DNA from: a virus | Taxonomy: Duplodnaviria > Heunggongvirae > Uroviricota > Caudoviricetes | Reading direction: 5' to 3' (one strand) | IMG/VR virus record: IMGVR_UViG_2883489344_000002 | DNA: 64,000 nucleotides | Part shown: positions 48,674-58,722 of the stretch, one piece after another | Numbering within the stretch: the stretch's first letter is position 1 | How the letters are laid out: each line of letters begins with the position of its first letter | Position numbers and translations under genes: made by a program | Notes under the pieces: generated by a model | Told to the model about the DNA's origin: nothing | The model's input: the letters and a program-made list of their open reading frames with translations, nothing else | The model's database searches: none

Positions 48674-49513
48674 TTATTTCAGGCTCAGGAACGGCGTCGC
48701 CGCGCCACTTGTGAGGGTTTGTGGGAGGGTGCCATTCCACTTGTTGATCGCCTCCAGTTGCAGCACTTCTGGGTTTTTGCGCAGCGCATCACCACGCAAG
48801 GCGATTGCGTCAGCCTCAGCTTTGGCGCGCAGCGTGGTAGCCTCAGCCTCTCCCCGCGCCTGCTCAATAGCTTTCTGGGCTTCAGCCTTGGACTGGGCGA
48901 TCTCATTTTCACGCAACAACGCGCGCTGGGTGGCTTCGATTTTGGCGTTAATCGACTCTTTGACCTTTTGCGGATAGTCCAGGTCGCTAAGCCAGGACAG
49001 CTTAACGACGCGGATACCCATTGGGTCTAACTTGGCCTTCAGATCCTTAGTGACCTCCTCCAGCAGCTCAGTTTTGCCACCAGCTGCCAGGGAGTTGATA
49101 TCCATCTTGCCGGAGTGGTTGATCAGCGCATCGCTGATGTTCTGGCGAATGTTGATCTCGGTGATCTCATCAACACCCTTACGGTACTTTTGGAATATTT
49201 TGGTCACCTGCGTTGGGTCAACAAAATACTCCACCCCTACTTTTGCCTTCACGTCCATTGAGTCAGAGGTTTGGAAAGTAAAGGGTTCGCGGTAGTTATG
49301 CAGCTGGTTGAAGGTCGGGAACTGGTAAATATCTTCGTTCCAGGTCAGCCAGTATTTACCAACACCCACTTCCTGTTGTTGGACGCCCTTTTCAGTACCG
49401 TATAGGTCAACCTTCACGCCCACATAGCCCGCTGGCACGGTAGCGCGCTCGCAGCCAGTCAGGAGCGCCGCTGCACCGATGATGCAGGCGATCGCAAAAT
49501 GTTTCAATTTCAT
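48674..49513 (-). CDS. SPFH/band-7 domain lipoprotein
   Basis: Lipobox LLTGC. Stomatin/prohibitin-like core followed by an A/E/K/Q-rich coiled coil. Confidence 0.55.
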   Translation of the reverse strand: MKLKHFAIACIIGAAALLTGCERATVPAGYVGVKVDLYGTEKGVQQQEVGVGKYWLTWNEDIYQFPTFNQLHNYREPFTFQTSDSMDVKAKVGVEYFVDPTQVTKIFQKYRKGVDEITEINIRQNISDALINHSGKMDINSLAAGGKTELLEEVTKDLKAKLDPMGIRVVKLSWLSDLDYPQKVKESINAKIEATQRALLRENEIAQSKAEAQKAIEQARGEAEATTLRAKAEADAIALRGDALRKNPEVLQLEAINKWNGTLPQTLTSGAATPFLSLK

Positions 49514-49704
49514 GCTTTTTCCTTCTTCATAAATTTCTTGGTGGTAAATGCCCAGTACACACCCACCGGATAGACCAGTGCCAGCACCCCGCCAAATAGG
49601 CATAGCAGAGTTGAGCGACTAGACATCATGGTTGGGAGGGCTAGGCCATATGTGCAAAGGGTGGCCAGTACAGCGGCCAGGAGTTTGAAATAAGCTCGGA
49701 TCAC
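49510..49704 (-). CDS. small two-TM membrane protein (NfeD-like partner?)
   Basis: 64 aa. Its stop overlaps the start of the SPFH gene. Confidence 0.4.
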   Translation of the reverse strand: MIRAYFKLLAAVLATLCTYGLALPTMMSSRSTLLCLFGGVLALVYPVGVYWAFTTKKFMKKEKA

Positions 49705-49783
49705 ATAGTGCTCTCATGGAAGCCCGGGAGGGCTGGGGGAATCGTACCGGCATGGCCTCTATCAAAGACCATGCCGGTACGGC

Positions 49784-50509
49784 TTAGGCGGTCAGGTTCT
49801 TCAAGCGATCCGTGGCCTGCTCCATCTCGGCCATGGCATCAATCAGCTCATCAGCGGCGTTACGCAGCTTATGGGCAGCGCGCAGCAAATCGGTTTTGAT
49901 GGGACCCAGCCGTTTTTGGAACATGTCCTTTTCCTGGGTTTCACGCTCCTGCATTTCTGCCTGGCGCAGCATCTCTTCTGCCTGACGGCGCAGCTCGGCC
50001 GGGGTATGTTTAAGAGCCTTCAGGACTGGCTCAGTAGGGAGAGAGGTTTTGCTTTCTTGGATCGGCATTTCTTTGATGGTTTCCTTTTCCACAATTGGCA
50101 TGGCGGGTTCAGGGGCTGCACCCCACTTCAGATTAGCGGCGATATCTTTCAGATCGCCCGGCACATAATGAGGGGCTTGGGTTGGTTGGCGTTCTTCTGG
50201 CGGCGTGAGGGTGTGACCCATAGGTGCCATGGGTTCGCCGTGCCGGCTATGCCGGAGGTAAATGGCGCTGCCCGGACGGCCGACCGGATAAATGGTGTAG
50301 ACGTGGATGCGCTCACGGACGTGCACAAATTGAACCAAAAATTCCAGCTCTTTGCTGGTCATGGTTTGCAGTACGCTAACCTTACGCTGCACCATGGCCA
50401 GGCTTACCCCATCTACCTGACGATCGACATACGACTTCAGCTCAGAGAGGTGACGTTGGAGCTTAGGCGGCAGCTTCGGCACGTTTTTGGGCGTGTTGTT
50501 CAGGTTCAT
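49784..50509 (-). CDS. hypothetical protein (241 aa from MNLNN start)
   Basis: GGAG SD at the internal ATG. The long upstream extension was rejected. Confidence 0.4.
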   Translation of the reverse strand: MNLNNTPKNVPKLPPKLQRHLSELKSYVDRQVDGVSLAMVQRKVSVLQTMTSKELEFLVQFVHVRERIHVYTIYPVGRPGSAIYLRHSRHGEPMAPMGHTLTPPEERQPTQAPHYVPGDLKDIAANLKWGAAPEPAMPIVEKETIKEMPIQESKTSLPTEPVLKALKHTPAELRRQAEEMLRQAEMQERETQEKDMFQKRLGPIKTDLLRAAHKLRNAADELIDAMAEMEQATDRLKNLTA

Positions 50510-50883
50510 ATTTTCTCCGCGTTGATGCGGTGACGGAAAGCGGCAGCGGCAACCATGCCCAGGCACATATTGATCCCTGGCAGATAAACGTCTGCCACTC
50601 CCTCGCTCACCAACTTTTCCAATTCGCCCCGGAACAGATCCATTCCGGTGGCTTCTCTCTCGCTGATGGCTTTGGCAGTGACCGGCGCGTGATTGCACTC
50701 CTTCACTGCCAAAACCAGCGCTTCCCGGTTGGCTGGCGACCAATCGTTGTTAGCCACTAGCTTCATGGCCACCTCAAAAACGCGAACGAGGCTCGCGTTT
50801 TCAGCTGTGAGGTGGGCAACATTGAAGGTGAGCGCATCAATATGCTCACTCACCACTTTTAACGTAGGGTTTAGGCTGGCCAT
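50506..50883 (-). CDS. hypothetical protein (125 aa)
   Basis: ORF. Confidence 0.4.
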   Translation of the reverse strand: MASLNPTLKVVSEHIDALTFNVAHLTAENASLVRVFEVAMKLVANNDWSPANREALVLAVKECNHAPVTAKAISEREATGMDLFRGELEKLVSEGVADVYLPGINMCLGMVAAAAFRHRINAEKI

Positions 50884-50888
50884 ATAGC

Positions 50889-51894
50889 TTAAGCACCACC
50901 CTCGCCACGCGCCTGCAAGATCGCCCCGCCCTTGCTGCGCGAGATGCGCTTGAGGGTGGCATCTGTGGGTTTGTTGCTGTAGTAGATGTAATTGAAACTA
51001 CTGATACGACGATCGTAGAAGCGGATGCGATACCGCTCTTCCCCCTCAAAGTAAGGGCGCGGCGTCATTCGCTCAGAGCAGAAGGCGTTGTCCTCAGATT
51101 TTTCACGGAAGGTGCAATACTCATCGGTGATCCGATGGGAGGTATAACGGCCATCAGATTCCATGATGTGCACCTTGCAACGGTTATCGCTGCGGGCGAA
51201 CAACGCATAATGCTCATCGAATTGCTCCTGGGTTGGGCGTTCGCGGAAGTGAACTGCGTAGCTTAAATCGCGCCGTGCGTCGTCGAACGGTACGACCGTG
51301 ATCCGCCAGCGGTATTCCGGCATCCAGTCAAAATTTTTGCTTTTGATGACTGGCGGCACAGTGCGCAGCAGCGCCATTGGGGAAGGCGGATCAGATAATT
51401 CCTCCACATTCGGCATCCGCTCCAAATCTGGCTCTTCTGCTGGTTTCGGTTCAGCTTTAGGATCAACTTCAGGCGCTGGCGCTACTTCCGGTGCAACCTC
51501 TAACACCTCTACCGCACCCGCTTTAGCGACATCTGCGATCGCAGTCTCTTTAGCCCCCTCTACAGGCATAACCGGTGCGGAGGTAGGTGCTGTAGCAATG
51601 GATTTTGGAGCTGCTGGAGCAGTGCCGGGGATTGCGGGTGCTTCGGGTGCCAGTTCGGCCTTTTCAGAGGTGGCCTCTGGGGCGGAGGAGGAGATTTTCT
51701 GTGCTTCTTGCTTCGGGGCTGGAGCCTGCGGTGCGTTAATCCCCATGACCATGTTCAATACAGAAAGAAAGTGATAGGCCTCACTCACCTCAAGATTTTT
51801 ACCGGCCATCACATTGAATGCAGTGACGGCTCGGGTCATTACGTCTTCAGATGGGGATGGGAAACCGTCACCAGCTGGATTGAGCATATTTGTC
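50889..51894 (-). CDS. hypothetical protein with Pro/Ala-rich linker
   Basis: ORF. The start is taken at MTNMLNP. Confidence 0.4.
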
Positions 51895-52074
51895 ATATAG
51901 TTACCAGAATTGATAAGCGCGTTTAGCGGCCGGAAATGTACAGGATGCAATTTTGAAACTCAATACTAAAACGTTGGTCACTCATGCCGATTTAGTGTGC
52001 GATTAGTTCAATATACTTAACTAAATCTAATGCTTCTTTCGAGGAAGCATAAAAAAACCGCCGGGTGGCGGTCT

Positions 52075-52847
52075 TTACATCGTGGCGAGTAACAGTGATT
52101 CAGGTACTTCTAACATCCTTGCAAGCGTCTCATTGTCCTTAGAATCATGCATCGTCAAGTGTCCCAGGTGGGATAGCTCCGTCACGCGAATAGTGCCACC
52201 ATTCCACAACACCCGCAATTGCTCTAAGCCCTCAAAATACTCCTGGGGACTCATGCCCCATGTGCTGTACTCCCGCAAAGTTTGGGGGCGGCAGGCGAAA
52301 ACCTGCACCTGGCGAAGCCTGTAGCGGCCGGCGACCGGGGCATGTTTGGCTGATGCCCTGCCATGCAAGGAATGCTGCTACGGGAGAAATAGAGTGCACG
52401 ACCATATTTATCAGTCACCGTCTTCACAATGCCAGGATCTGCGGCCTGGGCATCAGACACGTGCTGCACCGCAACGGTTGCCATGTCTGCCGCGCGCTTG
52501 TCGAAGTCACCCACCAGCTGCTTGATGTGGCAGCCCGGAAATAGCGGCTCATTGGCCGGCAAGCTCACGGTGATGACGCTGGCCATGATCACCTTAGCGT
52601 CTACCAGCTGCGTCACGGCGGCGGCGACACGCTCAAGGTCATTCACGCAACCATTCACCATTACTGCCATGGCACCGTGCTGTGGCACGTGGCGCGCAAT
52701 GTCCAGGCACTCAGTGGCCACTATCACCATTGATGCACCTGACTCATGCGCCCGCTGAATGGTATGGGACAGAATCGATCTTCCGCCTACCTCAGCCAGG
52801 GGGTCAAACAGGCCTGCGGCAGAACATGGTTCCGCGGGGACGACCAC
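52075..52847 (-). pseudogene. kdsB-like CMP-Kdo synthetase gene, frameshifted and with a degenerate N-terminal motif
   Basis: The 52251-52847 ORF aligns to KdsB residues about 1-180. The 52075-52368 ORF aligns to the KdsB C-terminus (EQLRVLWNGG) in another frame. The N-terminus lacks the conserved Arg/Lys. Confidence 0.5.
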
Positions 52848-52850
52848 AAA

Positions 52851-53120
52851 TTAGGCGGAGGTGCTTTCTGGGAACTCGATAGCGAAAGCTTCCTGGGTAA
52901 GGCGATCGGCGCGGCGAACGGCGCTGCCAAGAGCCTCAATGGCATTCTTGGCCACCACCCACAGAGAACCGTAAAGCTCTTGGGTGCCACACGATTTATG
53001 GGCGAACACCAGACGGTATTCCCCGGCCTCAACGCGCATTGAGACGTTGTGCCCCAGGCGCTTTACCCACCAGAAAATTTGCTCGATGGTGTAGCCCTTA
53101 TGGATCTTCTCGAAAGCCAT
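52851..53120 (-). CDS. hypothetical protein (89 aa)
   Basis: ORF. Confidence 0.35.
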   Translation of the reverse strand: MAFEKIHKGYTIEQIFWWVKRLGHNVSMRVEAGEYRLVFAHKSCGTQELYGSLWVVAKNAIEALGSAVRRADRLTQEAFAIEFPESTSA

Positions 53121-53122
53121 GA

Positions 53123-53431
53123 TTATTCGCTCTCCGACTCGTAAAGAGCCTGATGGGCTTCATGCTCAATGGAGCTTTCGACAAGGCCATACGTCAGCGC
53201 AGAGAGCGTATCGCGCACCTTGCTGATATGTGCCTCTTGCTCAACGTCCGGGGAAATATCCAGGAATGCCGCGTTCAGGACGCCGGCCAGGGTGCCGGTA
53301 TAGGTGAAGGTTTCACCCTGCTCATTGGTGATAGTCAACTGGGCGCTACCATCGGCCGCCTTAGTCAGCTGCGGGGTAGTCTCCTGGAAGAGCCAGAAGA
53401 GCTTTGCATCTAATGTCAGTTGTTGGTTCAT
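53123..53431 (-). CDS. hypothetical protein (102 aa)
   Basis: ORF. Confidence 0.35.
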   Translation of the reverse strand: MNQQLTLDAKLFWLFQETTPQLTKAADGSAQLTITNEQGETFTYTGTLAGVLNAAFLDISPDVEQEAHISKVRDTLSALTYGLVESSIEHEAHQALYESESE

Positions 53432-53453
53432 AGGGTTCCTTTAAGGTGAGGAG

Positions 53454-53648
53454 TTAATCAGCGCGCTCAAGGGCAAGCAGACGGAGATGAGCTTTACCGC
53501 GCGGGTAGGTGCGGTACACGGTCTTATTGATGACCTGAAGATAACTCTCAAGGCTTACAAACCTTTGGCTTTCATAGGGTTTGATGGTATGGGTTAATTG
53601 ATTAGCCCAGCGCAATTTAAGCTCTGGGAGTTTGGTTGCTTTAGACAT
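53454..53648 (-). CDS. hypothetical protein (64 aa)
   Basis: ORF. Confidence 0.3.
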   Translation of the reverse strand: MSKATKLPELKLRWANQLTHTIKPYESQRFVSLESYLQVINKTVYRTYPRGKAHLRLLALERAD

Positions 53649-53689
53649 GTGGCCTCATAAAAAAGCCGGCAGGGCGCCGGCCGGGGTGG

Positions 53690-54859
53690 TTATTTCTCAA
53701 AACGGGTTTCCACTGCGCCATGTTCGCGCTCCCATGCATCAACCAGGGCGTAGCAGCGCTCATGCAGCTCCAGGGCGGTTTTCTTGCCCAAACCCTTGAT
53801 GCTTTCCAGCTCGTCCACGTCATGCATCACCACGTCACATAGCGTGTTGTAGCCGTCTGCTTTCAGCGCGGTCAGGATGGCCGGGCGCAGCCCTTCTACG
53901 CTATCCAGCTCGACTGACTTCGCCCAGTCCAGGCGCGCCACCAGCAGCGGGTTCACCTCGCTCAGTTCCTCACGGTAGATGGTAAACAGCTCCTCATAGA
54001 GGTCATCTGGCCAGATGTCACGCAGCAACGGGATGATGTAATAATGCGGGCGACCCCACTCATTGACCTTCACATCACAGCTGATACCAATGGTGGTCTT
54101 GATGGTCAGTGAGAACGTCAGGTTATTGACATAGCGCGGGCGCTCCGCGTAATTCCGTTCAACTCGCATCCCGGTAAACTCACGGCGCAAGAAGAAATGC
54201 ACCGGCGATCCGTCTTTGGACTTGGTTTCGTAGCGGTAAGCCTCATACAGGCCGTTGGCGCGCTCAATATGGCGCGCCAGCTCGTCATTGCGGGAACGGC
54301 ACTGTTCGAGCTGGGACATGGCCAAGGTCACATCTGATTTCATGGCAGTTTCACGGATCCGGGACTCGTTCAACTTCTGGCTCAGGGTTTTGACCGTAGC
54401 CCGCAGCTCGCGCGCCTCGGTCTGGTACTGCACCTTTTTGGCCTTCAGCTTTTCTGGCTGCAATTGCTCCAGCTCACGCAGACGTGCAGATAACCGTTTT
54501 TCCCGCTCGACATAGGTGGCCACCATGTTCTCTTTGGTTTGCACCTGGTTTTTCATCTGGGTGGCCTCGGCCTTCAGGCTTTCAACCATCATCTCCAGCT
54601 GGAAAACAGCACTGGCCACGCTGTCGGCAAGCTCTTCATCAAAGCCCTCACAGCGCGCCTGGAATTCGGCTATTTGTTCCTTGGCCTGGTTGAGCTGGTG
54701 CTGTAGAAGGCCGGCAATCGTCCTTTTACTCTCCAGCTCGTCCAATACAGCATCTTGTTGGTCTTGCTCTGCCTCAGCGATCTTAGCCAGCTCCGCAGTC
54801 AGCAAGCGGATCCCCTCGATGCTCAGCTCAATATAGCGGGAGCTTTCATCATCCTTCAC
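53690..54859 (-). CDS. coiled-coil protein with C-terminal HhH-like motif (389 aa)
   Basis: About 200 aa of coiled coil. C-terminal GLGKKTALEL helix-hairpin-helix-like segment. Confidence 0.4.
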   Translation of the reverse strand: MKDDESSRYIELSIEGIRLLTAELAKIAEAEQDQQDAVLDELESKRTIAGLLQHQLNQAKEQIAEFQARCEGFDEELADSVASAVFQLEMMVESLKAEATQMKNQVQTKENMVATYVEREKRLSARLRELEQLQPEKLKAKKVQYQTEARELRATVKTLSQKLNESRIRETAMKSDVTLAMSQLEQCRSRNDELARHIERANGLYEAYRYETKSKDGSPVHFFLRREFTGMRVERNYAERPRYVNNLTFSLTIKTTIGISCDVKVNEWGRPHYYIIPLLRDIWPDDLYEELFTIYREELSEVNPLLVARLDWAKSVELDSVEGLRPAILTALKADGYNTLCDVVMHDVDELESIKGLGKKTALELHERCYALVDAWEREHGAVETRFEK

Positions 54860-55320
54860 GCGGTAAAGCGCGTAGTTGAGGTTGCCCAGCAGGTTACTAA
54901 AGCCATGGTTAATGGCCTCGATAAGCGGGGGTGTTCTGCTGGTGGAGTGGCTGGCAAGGGCTGTACGGACATCGGAACCTCTAGAATGTGTGGCTGGCCG
55001 TGTGTAGGGACATGCGACCCAGTGGGTTAACCGAGAGCACTGGCGCGGCAGGGAAACCCTCTTGGTTAAGCAATGTGCCCAGGCGCAAGGGGGTCATCAG
55101 GTTATCGGGGTAATGCACCACCACTGATCTGACGCCGCTGTCGGTCATGAAACTTACCGACCAAAAGTAATGGCGGCGTTGGAAAAATCTCAGAATCTTG
55201 GACATTTGCACCATCTTACGAATAGTTAAACATCCTAAACATTTAGCGGCCGTAATATGAAGTATTTAGGATGGGATGTAAAGTTGTGCCCGTTACCCGA
55301 ATCAGTGACCTTTTTCTGTA

Positions 55321-56052
55321 TTAACAGGTCACTGATTCGAACACCGGATCGGTAGCATCGTGGGTCAGGTATGCGGGCAACCAGGGTTCGCCGCTTTCAT
55401 GCGGACGCGGGTTGCCGTGGAACACCACCACGCGCGCGCCGGCCGGCAAGGTGCCATCACCGCGTGAATAGCGCTCGGTTGCCCAGCGGTTCTCTCCGAC
55501 CTTCACGATGTCTGCCTTGTAGCTGACGAACCAGCCCGGATAGAGGTCTTGCCAGTGCAGGCAATCCCCGATCACGCCCCGGATAAAGCCCTGGTCGCCC
55601 CACTTCGCCGTTACGGTGCACTCAGCAATATGGCGCTGCGGCTCCTTCCAGAAGGCATTCCAGATCTGCGCCTTAGCGCTGTTCGGGATGAACATCACCG
55701 AACTCATAAGGTATTGCGGGTGGTAAAAGTCAGTGAGCATCACCATCTGGTCACCGGTGGTCTTCAGCAGCTTCTTGATGTCACCGGTGATCACCGTGTC
55801 CAGGTCAAAATAAAGCAGGTCATCCGTAATGTCCGGGCGGAACAAGTCGATCTTCGCCCACCAGCCACGCATCCCCTGGTAGGGGGTGGTCAGTGGGATG
55901 CAGGTCACGCGATCCATGACAAATGGCGCATCCGTCAGACAGATGACCTCCGCGCCCTTAGGCAGCTGTGCCACCAGCGTTTTGACGTCATTCGGGGTGT
56001 AGTCGCCGCCGGCGCGGTACACCAGGGCAATTTTCAGGGGTTTTTTAGCCAT
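55321..56052 (-). CDS. GT-A-like (DxD) putative glycosyltransferase (243 aa)
   Basis: LLYFDLDTVITGD DxD motif after a hydrophobic strand. Confidence 0.4.
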   Translation of the reverse strand: MAKKPLKIALVYRAGGDYTPNDVKTLVAQLPKGAEVICLTDAPFVMDRVTCIPLTTPYQGMRGWWAKIDLFRPDITDDLLYFDLDTVITGDIKKLLKTTGDQMVMLTDFYHPQYLMSSVMFIPNSAKAQIWNAFWKEPQRHIAECTVTAKWGDQGFIRGVIGDCLHWQDLYPGWFVSYKADIVKVGENRWATERYSRGDGTLPAGARVVVFHGNPRPHESGEPWLPAYLTHDATDPVFESVTC

Positions 56053-56636
56053 TCTCTTAAGCTCATTTGAAGGATTGAATTAAGTTTCCCGCAGGAAACC
56101 ACGTTGATCTGCCCTAGCGCTGACTTGAACAGCAAGGGCAAATGGGAAAGGTTGTTGGGGCGGCCGCCTACCTTGTAACGCGCTTCCTGGGTCGCATCCA
56201 CGCCCACCAGCGCCACATTTTTAAAGCCCAGGTGATAAGCCAGCCCCAGTGCGCCCCAGGCAGAGTTGCCGTTATTGATCCGGGTAGGGTCTTCAGACAG
56301 ACCGGGCTTTGCCGACCAGCGCCATAGCCACCACTCTGGGGAGCCTTTTACCGGCGGCTCTGCGGCACGGTAAGAGACGCGCTCATATTCATAAACGCCC
56401 TCCTGAGTGATGCCGCCAGAAAAATAGCGCACGTTGCTGCGGCGCGTGGCCAGCCGGCGCATGTTGTCAGGGGATGGATCCAGCGTGAAGAAATAGGATG
56501 CCCGGGCAATCCAGTCAATGGCACCATTGACGGCGATCACTGGCACATCACGCGGTGGCAAAAAGCCACGCGCTGAAGGTCCAGACGCCACGATGATTAC
56601 CCGATCACCTTCTCCAGGCTTTTTAGTGGGAAACAT
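56034..56636 (-). CDS. MptE-like (DUF115-like) Rossmann-fold protein, putative glycosyltransferase (200 aa)
   Basis: VIIVASGPS...VIAVNGA and GNSAWGALGLAY...ALVGVD blocks. Confidence 0.4.
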   Translation of the reverse strand: MFPTKKPGEGDRVIIVASGPSARGFLPPRDVPVIAVNGAIDWIARASYFFTLDPSPDNMRRLATRRSNVRYFSGGITQEGVYEYERVSYRAAEPPVKGSPEWWLWRWSAKPGLSEDPTRINNGNSAWGALGLAYHLGFKNVALVGVDATQEARYKVGGRPNNLSHLPLLFKSALGQINVVSCGKLNSILQMSLREWLKNP

Positions 56637-57144
56637 GTCAGTTCAGTTCTCCGGGAGCAGTTAACAATGTCGATGTGCCGCAGCTCTTCACGGACATCGG
56701 CAAAATGCTGTTGCCACTTGGCAACGCTGTCGTCTGTCGGGTTTCGCAATCCGCCGGTATGCAAGCCGTGGTAGTGCACACCCTCTTTCAAAGAGCAGTC
56801 ATAGCCCAGAAGGAAGATGCGCGTTGCCCGAGGCTTGCCGCAAACTGGATGGCCATAGAGCCGGAGTTGAATTGAATGTGGGAGTCGCCAAAGCGCTGGT
56901 ATTCGATGCCCAGGCGATTGCTTGCTTTGCGTGATGCGGTACACCGGCGGATCCCCGCAGGCACATCATTGCCATAGTGTTGCCACCAGGCATCATCACC
57001 AGCAAACAAGGCATATGGCTGTCGGAACATGCCATATGCGTTATTTACTGCCACAACGGGATACCCCGCCCTTTCAACCTTTTCACAGTCTGCTTTTGTC
57101 AGTGACGGCGCGGGTGCCACACAAAATACAGAGTCAAAAATCAT
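56597..57144 (-). pseudogene. frameshifted paralog of the MptE-like gene
   Basis: The 56788-57144 ORF (VFCVAPAPS...VVAVNNA...NSGSMAIQFAASLG) and the 56597-56944 ORF (IFLLGYDCSLKEG) are collinear with the 56034-56636 protein. They are in different frames. The junction is near 56825. Confidence 0.45.
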
Positions 57145-57256
57145 TCATTTCTCAGGGGAAAACAGGACGCCGGCGCGTCCTGGAGATCCACAAAATTAAA
57201 TCACAATTGGACTTACAAGACACTGCAAGCCCGCCGGTTTGACGGAAGTTTTACGC

Positions 57257-57853
57257 TTAGGCGGCGGCTGGCAGTGCCTGCCCCGGCTCCAGGAGCCAAT
57301 AGCGCAGTATCAGAGCAACCGCTTCTTCCCAGCCCCACACCACCTCAGCCACATAGCCTTGTGCCCGTAGCCGCACCTGCCAATCCAGTTGCTCAGCAGA
57401 GGGCTTGTTAGTGCCATACTTCAGCTCAAACCGCAGGCCATGGTAGATGCCGCGCGCTGCGTCCAAGGTGACATCGGGGTAGCCCTTCTTCACCCCCTCG
57501 GCATTCAAGTCATTGGCGGTTTTCTGCGACCGCAGGCCGCCGTTCGGCGTGGCATGGAGCAAATCATATATGTCCCGGTGATGCCGGTACATGTAGTCAA
57601 AGATCCGCACCTGGTCATAATGCTCATAGTTACCTTTGAGCAGATCCGGCTTTTTTCCCAGCTGGATAAGCGCCTTTTCATGTACGGAGACCGCAAAGGC
57701 ATCCTCCAGCGCATTCAGCTGCGCCAGCGGGCTTTTGAGCCTTGTCGTCAAATCCGGCAGCTCATTCTTGGGCTTGAGCTTTTTGCCCTTGACCAGCTTG
57801 CCGCTGGCGTCTCGGTTGTTGGCCTTAAGCCAGTCTTCAGTAATGCGAAACAT
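57257..57853 (-). CDS. VRR-NUC domain nuclease (putative)
   Basis: C-terminal GYPDVTL...GLRFELKYGTNKPSAEQLDW...GYVAEVVW fits the PD-(D/E)xK VRR-NUC pattern. Confidence 0.45.
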   Translation of the reverse strand: MFRITEDWLKANNRDASGKLVKGKKLKPKNELPDLTTRLKSPLAQLNALEDAFAVSVHEKALIQLGKKPDLLKGNYEHYDQVRIFDYMYRHHRDIYDLLHATPNGGLRSQKTANDLNAEGVKKGYPDVTLDAARGIYHGLRFELKYGTNKPSAEQLDWQVRLRAQGYVAEVVWGWEEAVALILRYWLLEPGQALPAAA

Positions 57854-58087
57854 CTAACCCCATTCACCAGGCTTAACCCCAAACTTACGCACCTGGGCAT
57901 TACGCTCCCTGTGCCAGTCCTGGGAACAATCTTCATCACAAAATGGCTTTTGCCCACACGGCTCATCACAGTAGTGGCAAAAGCCGTTAATCATCAGCTG
58001 CGCGCCGGCAGACTGGCGGGACATTTGGATCTGGGTGTCCAATACTTTTTGCTCGGCCTCAGCCAAGCGGTCGATTTCGTCGCTCAT
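57854..58087 (-). CDS. TraR/DksA-type C4 zinc-finger protein
   Basis: CHYCDEPCG....CDEDC. 77 aa. Confidence 0.5.
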   Translation of the reverse strand: MSDEIDRLAEAEQKVLDTQIQMSRQSAGAQLMINGFCHYCDEPCGQKPFCDEDCSQDWHRERNAQVRKFGVKPGEWG

Positions 58088-58111
58088 AGGTACTCAAAAA
58101 ACATGGTTTGG

Positions 58112-58363
58112 TCATATTTGCGCGTCGTCCCCCATAATTTGGGCAAGGTCATATCGATTTTGGATGGAGAGTAATGCTAATGGCGTCTCATTACAAAAAC
58201 CCCCAAGCTTCACAGCAGCTTCCGCAGTGAGCTGGGCTTTTTTGTTGATAAGTCTTGATAAGGTAGCGTGGCTAATCCCCACTTTCTCGCCAACCTGACG
58301 CAACGTCAGACCGCTGGCCTCAACTGCGGCCTGGATAACCTCACCAGGATGCTGCACGGACAT
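58112..58363 (-). CDS. HigA-family HTH antitoxin-like protein
   Basis: PGEVIQAAVEASGLTLRQVGEKVGISHATLSRLINKKAQLTAEAAVKLGGF matches the HigA/VapI pattern. Confidence 0.6.
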   Translation of the reverse strand: MSVQHPGEVIQAAVEASGLTLRQVGEKVGISHATLSRLINKKAQLTAEAAVKLGGFCNETPLALLSIQNRYDLAQIMGDDAQI

Positions 58364-58411
58364 GATGCCCCTTAGATGAAAAAAGCGCCCTCATGGGCGC
58401 TTTGCAATCAG

Positions 58412-58600
58412 TCAGTGATGGCGGCTTGCATGTTCCATCACCATGTTGAGTAAGTAAATTACTGTGAAAACGGCAGGAAATACCTTAATTGTGGTGAGAA
58501 GTTTCACCTTTACGCTAGTTTCGCTATTGCGGGTTGCTTGGTTAGCGGCTACTGCGTTGTCTCGACGGGCATAATCAATCATGTTAGAGTCCTTTTGCTC
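58412..58600 (-). CDS. small C-terminally TM-anchored protein upstream of the HigA-like gene (start uncertain)
   Basis: The annotated 113-aa ORF would read through a perfect palindrome. The real product is probably shorter (MIDYARRDN... or MSPKQGS...). Confidence 0.3.
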   Translation of the reverse strand, partial: EQKDSNMIDYARRDNAVAANQATRNSETSVKVKLLTTIKVFPAVFTVIYLLNMVMEHASRHH

Positions 58601-58700
58601 ATTGGCCGGGGATCCTTGTTTTGGTGACATGTCCCAGGCCATGTGTAGAGGCTCACTTCGGTGAGCCTTTTTCATCTGGGCATATTGCCCCGATTGCTTG

Positions 58701-58722
58701 TTACGTGGTACGTACCACGTAA
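58701..58722. promoter_or_regulatory. perfect 22-bp palindrome TTACGTGGTACGTACCACGTAA (putative operator)
   Basis: Exact inverted repeat. It is adjacent to a hairpin plus T-run at 58640-58672. Confidence 0.5.
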
